A stretch of 64,000 bases of DNA. Source: Antedon mediterranea. Lineage: Eukaryota > Animalia > Echinodermata. The translations under genes were made by a program, and so were the position numbers. Below, piece after piece: positions 53,688 to 64,000 of the stretch (the first letter of the stretch is position 1; every line of letters begins with the position of its first letter). The stretch is from NCBI RefSeq assembly GCF_964355755.1, contig NC_092670.1, positions 11,890,795 to 11,954,794 of the forward strand, read 5' to 3'. The notes below the pieces were generated by a model. That model saw only the letters and a list, made by a program, of their open reading frames with translations, was not told where the DNA came from and searched no databases.

Positions 53688-53868
53688 AGCTTACCTGGAT
53701 AAACGCCCTCCCATGATGATGGTGGTTTGTGGGGAGGCTCCCACCTGGGGCATAGTTCATCAACTATTCCATTTTTGGATAGGGGTGTTCAATGAAAATG
53801 TCTACTTTTTTTAGTTATATCTCACTCCTCGAGGAGAAAGGGCTATTGTCTGTTTATCCTGGTAAGCT
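53688..53868. mobile_element. MITE-like element with 17-bp inverted termini
   Basis: agcttacctggataaac ... gtttatcctggtaagct (one mismatch). Confidence 0.7.
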
Positions 53869-54020
53869 ACAGTAGGCACAAAATAAACTAGGCTGCATCA
53901 TGATCTATAGTATAATTAACGACCAACAACAGGATTTTTCAATAAAAACAGGCCCTACTATAAGGGAACTGAGAATTAACGATACTGGAGATATAGGATA
54001 CTCTTTTAATACTTCTCTAA

Positions 54021-54797
54021 GGTCGTGTTTATACAACACCCTAAATTTGAACACGGCTTAAATTTTTAGCGTGTTGTTCGAACCGAGGTCAACCCACCTT
54101 AACGTTTGCTGTTATACTAGAAATCACGATACCGTGTTGTACCGGAAGTTTCTTCAACACGCAGTGCATGCTAGGATAAAAGGTCAAATCGTTGATCGCT
54201 TGAATTGAATTGTTGGCTGGGTTGTTGTCAACAAATCATCGTCGCCTCCTCGCTGTCCGATGTATTCGCGCGATTTTTACCATTTTCATTATTGTATTCG
54301 TTCACGTTTGCATTGTTGTTTATTTTGTTCTCGCTTCATTTAAATTAATAAAAGTTATTTTAAGGGTTTCATTGTTTCATCTATACACTATGGAAGAAGA
54401 TGCCATTTTTGCGATGTTATTTTTTATTCTGTTTGGAGTGGGAAACGATAGTCTATAGAGGCCTACTACCACTACGAGTTGGCCCTACCAGGCTAGGCGT
54501 AAGACGTGGTAGGAGGATGATTGCTGGCAGCGAAGCAGCAATAAATGGGCACAATCTTGTTAGACGTCGCATGACATGATAGATATTACGACCTGTTTTA
54601 ACGAGAGGTCAAAATATACCCTGAGGACACTTCCAACACGGTAACGGCGACCGGGAATCCACCAAATTTTAGGATCCAGCCAAGTAGCCTTTTTTGCAAT
54701 TAAAATCTCATTACACGGAATCTCTTTGTTGTTATACAACACACTTCTCGTAGGCGTGTAGAATATGCGTGTAATAGCGTGTTGTATAAACGCGCCC
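54021..54797. mobile_element. Non-autonomous PIF/Harbinger DNA transposon (777 bp)
   Basis: TAA|ggtcgtgtttatacaacac ... gtgttgtataaacgcgccc|TAA gives 19-bp TIRs and a TAA duplication. The interior is CpG-rich with no intact transposase. Confidence 0.85.
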
Positions 54798-56214
54798 TAA
54801 TACTGACCCTACCTAATGTCATATCCTAGATTAACCTTTATAGCCTGGAGGAATTTGATATTATTACTACTACAGACAATATACAGTTAACACAAAATTG
54901 CACACATAACTACATTAAAACAAAACAACCAGTTTATACTTGAATAATGAGATCTCGCAGCCATGAAAAACAGGTCAACTCAATTCCAATTGCAGGCATT
55001 AACACCTCTGTGGTGTTACCAGTTGTCACATAGTGTACACACAATTATAAAATCTCACAACTGTCCAATGAAATATGAAAACTATCTTTCATACTCAATT
55101 ACAGAATGCCTCTAGTGCATACAGTAGTATCAACTGCTGTTGTTAATTGGTGTAATCATAAGCATAATTAATGAGTGTACGAGTTGGTAAACCATATACT
55201 TAGGCAAATAAAGCAGAGTTGTGTTTTTAAGGCCCTGTTTACACTGATGTACAGTACAGTAGTTACAGTGTTTAGTATTGAAGGCTTTATAATTTCCCTT
55301 TGAGACCTTTCATGTCCTTCTTGCAGCACTCACTTGCAATTTCGATTTAAGGACCTGTTTACACTGATGGAGTTTGTTGTTTTTAGCGTACAACTCTGAC
55401 AAATGCCCTACCCATAAACGTAAATCCATTATTGTTGTTTTGAAATGTTTCCATTAAAATCCACAAATTGTAATTGAAACGTTATGTCTAGACAGTAACA
55501 ACTTAAGTCAATGACATACATAACTAAACAAAATTGTATTATACTTTTTTTTTAAAAGAAGAAAAAACAGGCAAATAATTATTAAATCAATATTCATTAT
55601 TTATATTAATCAGAAATCAATACAGAAATGATCAATATAAACTTCGAAAATAATATACTTCACTGTACATACATAATAAAATCAATGATATACAAAAACA
55701 TTTATATTCTGAAATGGCAGAATACAATGTTTTTGTATGTGAAACGACAAAAAAAGTATTACAAATGAATTCATCACAGTAAAAAAAAAAATCACTATTG
55801 AACATAGAGGTATGTCTCAAATACTGTAGAGGCAACAGCATCAACATATAGAGTACAGTAATATATACTGATAATAAAAGTGAATGGCATTGAAATAAAT
55901 AATGTTTTGAACCATGTGTTTCATTTTTCCCTTGGAAATAATAAAATGTATTTTAATTGACTCTCTAGTCAATTGTAATACCTCTATGCTAACTATACTA
56001 CTACTATAACCAAGAATATAGAAAAACTCAACATCATTATAAAACAAGCTAAAATCTACATAAAAAAAATAATGTTTAAACAAATTGGAAAAAACTAAAT
56101 GTTTCTCTTACCCCGTGTATTTGCCACAAAGGCTGGCGCACTTTGCCCTTTGCGATTTTTAGATTATGGCTCATTCGTAAAATAAAGGGCTCAAGGCCGA
56201 CCGATAACAGTAGA

Positions 56215-57190
56215 TTATTAAAACGCAGTGTCATCTCCGACAAATTCCTCTCAGTACGATGGTTACTTGTATCGCCAACAGCCTTATAAGGCACTGAGAA
56301 TACTGTATGTGGAAAAAATAGTATCTATTGTAAACGCACACATTTAATGTTCAACTTGGTGATGTGTGCATTTATCACTTTCTTCAATACCTGATGCAAT
56401 ACTGTTCTTACAGTGTTACTTTACAGACAAATTCTTCTCAGAAAATAATAATAACTTTCATTTCAACAGCCTAAACAAGACACTGAGAATATGGAAAAAA
56501 TTGTATATAACGCACACATTTACAGGTAATTTTTCTAGCCCTATTTATCACTTTTAAATGGTATGTACAATAAACAATGTACTGCACTGTATATGCAGTG
56601 TATTCTCCGACAAATTCCTCAGTAAAAACTTTATCGTCAATCAAAAAGCAAGACACAGAGAATAGGGGAAAAACAGGATATAAACATACACATGAACTTG
56701 CTGTCTTATATCATACTATAATGCTAGCAAAACTGTATGCAGTGTCCTTCCTGACAAATTCCTCAGTAACAACTGTTATCGCCAATCGCAAACAGTAAGA
56801 CACAGAGAATATGAAGAAAATAGCTTCAATGTACTCATAAAGTTGCTGTTTATATATTCATATACTAACTGTATACTAGCAAAACTGTATGCAGTGTCCT
56901 CTCTGACAAATTCGTCGGTAAAAACTTTTATCGCCAATCCAAAAGCAAGACACATAGATAGAATACGGGAAAAATAGCATCTAACATACTGTACACATGA
57001 ACTTGCTGTATACTCGTGTAATAATAATAATAGCAAAACTGTATGCAGTGTCCTCTTTGACAAATTTCTCAATTTAACTTGAAACAGCCTAAACAAGGCA
57101 CTCGGAATACGGACAAAATATTGTATCTAAAGAAAACATTCTGTAATCAACTTGCTGTATTAAATAAACCCTAATCACTTTTACAGTACA
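56215..57190. repeat. Degenerate tandem array, about 150-190 bp unit, about 6 copies
   Basis: gcaaaactgtatgcagtgtcct..ctgacaaattc.tcagtaa...atcgccaa...aagacac.gagaata...gaacttgctgt recurs through the region. Confidence 0.8.
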
Positions 57191-59034
57191 AGACAGGTGA
57201 AGTAAATTACGTATGGTAGATACATTGTACTATACATAGTGCACACAGTCTTAGCATATTGTAGTCATAATGTACTGTACAATATCCCTAATAGCCTACA
57301 AAAGGCAAGATAACAAAACAGTGTCTCCTGCACACACATTTAATTACATTTGTCGTAACAGTGATAATACTCGAAACCCTAATCACTTTCATTACTAGAT
57401 CCAACGTAATCTCATCTTAACTATGTCTGACCACTTGAAGATGTCCTCGGCCAATCAGCACGAGAATTATCGGTGAAGTCTACGAGTGAAGAGCAAGTTG
57501 ATGATCGTACGTTTCAATAACAAACAGAATAAACATCCAAATATTGCATACAGTTTCGTCCTCTATTGATGGCAAATATTCTCAGACTAGAAATAATTTC
57601 AACTTTAAAACAAAGTCTAAGGTCTTAACATAAAATTGTTCCACCTTACTGTATGTGCTTGTTACTACTATGTCATGAACTAACAACTTTATTTAGTAAA
57701 AGCACAACAAATGTTTTATCAATTTATCAATAACATCTCTGTACTTCAGATAAAATGCAGTCTTGTTAAAATGTTCTTGTACACTGCCATGAACTAACCA
57801 ATTTTATGTCACAAAAAAAAAAGTTATGTAATGAAAAAATAGCGCATAAAATAGAACGTTGTAGCCTCACATGTAGACGTCCACATCATATACCTTTAAT
57901 AGGTTGATGGTCGCATACAATATAAAATTGACATGTTACTACTCAATAACTAGTTGTATCGAACCACGTACACAACATGCTTTTAAGAAAATTACGACGT
58001 ACAATGAATGTACAAGTAATATAGATGTACAACAGTGTGAAAAGCGTAGAAAACCATGAGATCAATGATTCAGAAAGAATTACCTGGTTACTCAAAAATC
58101 ATTGGTTGACGATAAATCATTGGAGAGAATTAATGTTCGACGGCAGGCATAAAATAAACTAATCATATGCTAATAGAATTCTGAAAGCCGATGGATCTTT
58201 TTAGTAAATTTTTTTATATGGTCGTTTGAAAAGGAAACTAATGACATGATTGGAATTTTAAATTTAGATTATTTTTTTTACGTGATCAATTTAAGTAGAG
58301 CATGGCAAATATTTCTCACCCTTAAATATCAAGTACTATTTATTATATTTTTCCCTATACAGTAGTCAGTAATATTACAATAGCTTGAGTTATTTTTTTC
58401 ATATTTAAGATGAAAATTATGGCACAAATGTACATTTAATTTATTAAAAAGTATAATATTTTCCTAAACAAATAATACCCTCTCAGAGTATTATATAATA
58501 TATTATGTTTGTAATAATTTTTGCAAGCCTTTAATTTACGTAATAAGACGTAAAATACAAAAAAAAAATGTAGCCCTGTCAGGATAAGCCTGAATAACTT
58601 ATACCTTAATAAAGATTTTGGAACGGCCACATTCTCGGCAACGTTTACGTCCATGATGGGAGACCATTTAAGAATACAGTACATCGCGTTGGGTTCTATA
58701 GGATTATGGGTACTGTTACCTTAGTTTAGGCCAAAGCTTTCCATACATGTTTGATCTTAAAAATAACCGGGGTAATGAAGTGAAAATTTCATTTTAACAA
58801 TTTATGGAATTTGCGATGAAAATAAATGAATACAAACCAGGGTCCTCTGGTTTACTTTGCGTAAGGCCACTGCCTTTGAGAGTTATAGTACTATACATGA
58901 ACCAATGGAGCTGACATACAACCGTACAACCCTTATACCCTATTATATAATATTGTATACTATCTAATATTGTTGTATCAACAGTATATGCTTCAAAATT
59001 AAAGTACTCAACATTGAACCTTTCTCTTAAAATG

Positions 59035-59235
59035 CTAATCGTTGTTAGACATTGCGCGTCTCACTTGTTTTCGCCACTCAGTGCGTTTTTGAGCAAGCAT
59101 GTGCATAGGTCCGCGTGTGAAAAGTTCTGTTTCCTTTTTTATGTTTGCCATCCATGTTGTTTTTGGTCTTCCTTTTGGTCTTTTGGTCTTTCTCTGAGCC
59201 TCTCCGAGTGCGATCTTAGCTTTTAACATTGAATA
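59035..59235 (-). mobile_element. RTE-type LINE, extreme 3' ORF fragment
   Basis: Translates as KIAL...KRPKGRPKTTWMANIKKE...LAQKRTEWRKQV, the typical RTE C-terminal RPxGRPxxTW...AQxRxxWR signature. Confidence 0.7.
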
Positions 59236-60320
59236 GCCTTCATTAATCTTCATTAAAATTCATTCATTCATTTAACGAGCTAAATCAATAAATTAGATGG
59301 TAGTTTACAGTGATCAGGCCAAGGTACACAATCAGGCCAAGTGAAATTAATCTATTGATTATTAAAGTTCTGCATCCTTTTAAAATGTTTATAAAAAAAG
59401 TCACAGTCATTCTATATTTCTAACTTATTTTTGTCAATACAGCAAACTGATTAATTTCATAATTTTATAGTATTTCACTTTTTTCAGAAAGGTTCTAAAA
59501 TCTCAAAAAGATTGAATTGTTGAAATTAAAATTGTTGAAATTCAAACATTCAATGATTCGAAAATTTATAGATTTATATACTATCAAATTGATTAATAAT
59601 TTAAAACATCTTTGTGCATTTAAAAAACATTGTTATAGTATAATACATGGATCGAATCGAATAGAATTGAGTGAATAATTGGAAAATTTGGCAATGGCAT
59701 ATTACAAAATTGAACAGGCAACTAATACATTAATCCTATCAAAGTTTATGCAGCTGCCAGAGTTACATCTGTACACTACATCATGTTATGACAATAAAAA
59801 TCTGTTTTATAAATCATAAATACAGTACCATCTGGTTGCAAGATTTTGAAGACTGAAAATTGGAACTGTACATTGATGTTTTAAAGTAATATACAAATGA
59901 GTTTATTACTGTACTGTACATGTTTTTGGTATTGGTGCAAAGTACAATCTACTGTAAACCAGTAGGCATCAGATGTATATGAATGCCACTTCCCAGGTTT
60001 TAAAGTTTAGTTTTTTGAAGATAGTAAATGTCAAAAAATATGTACAGTATTAACTGTACTTTAAATACAAAGATACAGTTATTGTTATGCAAAATATTCT
60101 ATCTATTCAAATTTGAAGAGCTCTCTGAACAATGAATGATACAAATATATCGAACTGGACATCAGTAAAAAGGTATACAGTAATCAGTAAACCTATAATT
60201 AGCAGCAGGCAACTGTAATGGCAAATGAGGCTAACAAAAACACAGAGCACAGAGATACTCAAAGAATTGACAATTAGAGAAGCAGAAAAAGAAAAAAGAA
60301 CAAAGCAATGAACAGACTTA

Positions 60321-60478
60321 AGCTCTGTCTTACAGTACACTATCAACCTTGTCACAAAATGTGATATATCCATATAGACATGATGTATCATACTAAATAT
60401 CACTACCATATTTAAGCATATCTAAGCATATCACTACCATATTTGGGCACATCACACTATTTTTGTCAAACCAGCTTT
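60321..60478. mobile_element. MITE family B copy (one end degraded, with an internal duplication)
   Basis: tta|agctctgtcttacagtacactatcaa...atatcactaccatattt (twice) gggcacatcacact. Confidence 0.75.
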
Positions 60479-62111
60479 ACTAAAAAAATTATTATTCAAT
60501 AAATTCTAACAAATGGGGCTAGCAACTGCAAACAAACTAAAGGGCTATACTGTTGTCCTGCAGTTACCAGGCAAAAAGACAAGCAAACCTTCTACATAAC
60601 GCAGTAAGCAAGAAATACATACAATATTTTGTATAAAGCTGAAGAATATACAGCGAATAATCCTACAGTAAATAAGATTAATTTATCCTGAAAAGAAACG
60701 AACGTTCGATGTCAGAACACTTTCATCAAAAACAAACGCATAATGTAATCAAACGATACAATCCATTGACAATGCGAACAGTATATGGAACACCACAGTG
60801 GAATAATTCAACGATACGTATTCCAATTTGGTATTATTAAAAATTGCACATTAAACCAGTAACGTATAATATAACAATGGCAATATTGATCACACTACAA
60901 ACTGACTTGAGAGGCACCAGTCAAACTTGACGAGAATATATTGTAATTAGTTGTGATTGGTGAAGAACCCAAATTGATCATCATAGTAACGATGATTAAA
61001 TCACCAATCAGAGAAGAGTGGGGGAACCCAGATTGTGTGACATTGGTTGCTCTTACAAGCTGAGTTAATATTTGTAGTTGGTCCAACCGACCTGACAAAA
61101 TTAGGTCATACTATAATTTGTATAAATTATTACATGGAATAATTAAAACAAAATGGTTGCAGAAACTAGTCTACATAGTTTTAGAAAATTTAAATTAATT
61201 TATAAAATAATAATATTTGTTATTTACAAACAATGATGTTAAATTTAGATACACACTGAAGGTGTGAGGAGTTTTTTTTTTTTTTTTTAAGTGGAATGCC
61301 TCAAAAACTAATTATACTACATCTGTAGCTCCATTAAATCTTAAAAATTACTGTTAAAACTACATTCTGTAAAATATTTTATTCTTTTTCTCAAATTTAA
61401 AATCTGCATTCCCGAATTTAGTTTCACTACAGTACGACTATATCGCTTCAAACCTCTTAAAATCCCAAGAAAAGATATTAATTTTGAGCAGCCCTTAAAA
61501 AGGGACTTTTTGTAATTGTGGCGATTCTAAAAACAAAATTGCTTTTGAGACAGTTCTTTACCTTGTTTATTACAGTAATTATCAAAATGTTAGATTTCAA
61601 AGAGTTAATTAAAATATGACATGGGGTTCATCATACATCAGTTTAATAGTCCTTAAAACTGATGCTGAGAGAATCCAGATGTGACACAGCCTGCAGCAGT
61701 TGTTACCGTAGTTGTTATCAGTTTTTAAATGCAACTCTCAAGAAGCCTACTATCAAACCCAGTGGGCTACAAAATAAGATCAAGCTCTCATCCTACTAAC
61801 TGTACTGTAATACTGTACATTAAGATTAATCAACAAATTGAATCAGTTATAAATTATGTCTGCTAATGACAACACTGGGGGTGGGGGATATTCGTTTAAT
61901 AGGCTTCCACTAAAAATGCCAATCAGTGAATGTTATCATCTTGTCCTGTGTCATCTTGAACCTGTAATGTAAATCTGGTTGATTCATCCTATATTTTATT
62001 ATATGGCACACAGTAGCATTCTAGGTCCAGGAAACCCTGCCTATAACATAATCAACTATAAAGATAACATCGATGTCTACCAAATCTTGTGAGACACAAT
62101 TTTGTACGTAC

Positions 62112-62132
62112 CCTTGTTTTCTTTCCCCTCAT
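62112..62132 (-). CDS. Candidate first coding exon of gamma-syntrophin (MRGKKTR)
   Basis: ccaaaATG AGG GGA AAG AAA ACA AGG|GTACGT, phase 0, joins in frame to VKTGLL at 51134. An alternative is ATG|GTAAGA at 53269-53267. Confidence 0.5.
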
Positions 62133-63318
62133 TTTGGAAGGTTGTTCTCCAACAAAAAATTTGTAATTCCTACCACAGATTTTGTCAAAAGAAAGCATTG
62201 AGATAGTTTTTCTTTTTTTTTAATGCAATTTTATTTGTCACAGTCAAAAAAATGTATTTATTTGAAAAAACTGTAATTTAAAGTAAAAAATACTGTAGTC
62301 AAAAGGAATCAATACACTTTAATATTTTGTGCTACTCCTAATTATTGGTTTTTATTTTGTACAGCATGCATAAAATGTTGCTGATTTTCAATTTCAATGT
62401 AAATTGTATCTCTGCACTATATTTCTCTCTAATTTTATAATTCAAAATACACTTTGAACTCCAATTAATTGCACACCTTCGGGACCCAACAAATTGTTAC
62501 CTGAGCAGGGGTTGGCCATAGTGTTAAAACATATATTGCCCTATAAATATTATAATATTATTAATATCATATATTTTGGGAGAAATTGCACTGAAAAGGG
62601 GTGTCCCACGGGAGAGGTTTTACTTTACCTATATACTCTATATAACATATTTGTAACATTAAAAGTGTATAAATATTGTTGTTGTTGAGGATACCACTGA
62701 GAATTGTACACTATTTTTTTATTAATCTGTATAGAATGTCTACATGTTTTATGGTACAGTTGAAATAAAGACTAAATTCGGTCTATCCATCTGCTGTATT
62801 GTAGCATATTTAGACTATCAAGTATCAGGTCTTCTGCCTTTAAACTGATTGGTTTAAAATTACATGTGATAGCTGCACTACAGTATAAATAAATACAATG
62901 ATGATTCCTACATGGCCCAAAGTAATCATCTTCTCAGTCTGTCGAGTATTAATTTAGATATGCCAAGATTCGTTTATGTTTCCTAAAGACAAATTAAAAT
63001 AAAGAACAACCTGATACTGTAGTTTACATAGATGAAATAATTTTGAAATTCTGAAAGGCGATAAAAGTATGCCCTCTGGAGTACTGTATGTACTGAATTG
63101 ATATTTTCAGTATCTGTCACTAGACGTTGAATTACTACACACTGTAGTATGTAGTGCATACAATATTACTATTTATTTTACTACAGTTATAGTTTGTATA
63201 CTGTATATTTTCTCTAAACTTCACTAAATTATCACAATCTGTCCTTAATAATTATTAGCAATTTATAATTTAATTTATTTATTGGTTTATACGTTTGATC
63301 GATATTTTCTTGGCATAG

Positions 63319-63358
63319 TTTAACCAGGGAGTTGTTATTTTACAACTCCCTGGTTAAA
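63319..63358. repeat. Perfect 17-bp-stem hairpin
   Basis: tttaaccagggagttgt-tatttt-acaactccctggttaaa. Confidence 0.8.
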
Positions 63359-63493
63359 AGTGCACACCAGGAGGATTCAACTGTATGATTGTCTACACTT
63401 CTCTACTGTACATACCACAATACTATAGGAAAGTACCATACCGTATATTTTCATTCGGTAAATAAATAAAGATGGCAGTATTATTTGTTTAAT

Positions 63494-64000
63494 GCTGTAT
63501 CAAATGTTGTGATAAACAGCTGAACATCATGTACTGTACGCTACTGTAATCACTGTATCAAATATTGTGATAAACAGCATCATTATGTACTGTACGTTAC
63601 TGTACATCACTGTATCAAATGTCGTGATATACAACATCATGTACTGTACGCTACTGTACATCACTGTATCAAATGTTGTGATAAACAGCATCATGAACTG
63701 TACGCTACTGTACATCACTGTATCAAATGTTGTGATAAACAGCATCATGTACTGTACTGTACGCTACTGTACATCACTGTATCAAATGTTGTGATATACA
63801 GCATCATGTACTGTACTGTACGTTACTGATACATCACTGTATAAAATGTTGTGATATACAGCATCATGTACTGTATGCTACTGTACATCACTGTATCAAA
63901 TGTTGTGATAAACAGCATCATGTACTGTATGCTACTGTACATCACTGTATCAAATGTTGTGATATACAGCATCATGTACTGTACGTTACTGTACATCACT
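63494..64000. repeat. 54-bp tandem repeat (some 59-bp units) running off the window end
   Basis: (catcatgtactgtacgctactgtacatcactgtatcaaatgttgtgataaacag)n, about 9 copies. Confidence 0.95.

Noticed and set aside
53690-53705. Strong minus-strand donor CCAG|GTAAGC as a syntrophin first exon
   Set aside because: It is part of the inverted terminus of a repeat also present at 44285-44301 and 53852-53868.
58650-58690. Second 5S-like fragment (gatgggagacc...gaatac)
   Set aside because: The match is too short to distinguish from chance.
63527-63794. ORFs with 18-aa repeats on both strands
   Set aside because: Translations of the 54-bp tandem repeat.

Overview
This is AT-rich (roughly 30% GC by eye), intron-rich animal genomic DNA, probably from an invertebrate. 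It is not prokaryotic, and most short ORFs in the track are noise. I spliced four protein-coding genes by hand using GT-AG sites and phase consistency. (1) 7097-10526 (+): a SNAG-domain repressor with 8 C2H2 fingers and mixed Gfi1/Fez features. (2) About 18770-25685 (+): a type II membrane protein, TM-SEA-mucin-thyroglobulin1-furin site-2xLDLa, with no protease domain. (3) 28369-33001 (+): its short tandem paralog, TM plus 3xLDLa. (4) 51134-38132 (-): a convergent gamma-syntrophin, with its first exon probably near 62.1 kb. The rest is repeats: a LINE ORF2 with an in-frame deletion of the RT catalytic core, several MITE families, HINE/Helentron-like elements (one carrying two tRNA-Val copies), a chimeric 5S+tRNA SINE and tandem repeats. 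The most notable observations are the protease-less TTSP-like gene pair with a furin-site micro-exon, and evidence from repeat-copy comparisons that many TA sites have become TACAGTA, the Tc1/mariner excision footprint. TAGGCCTA is also strongly and regionally over-represented. All counts and alignments were made by eye; no database searches were run.
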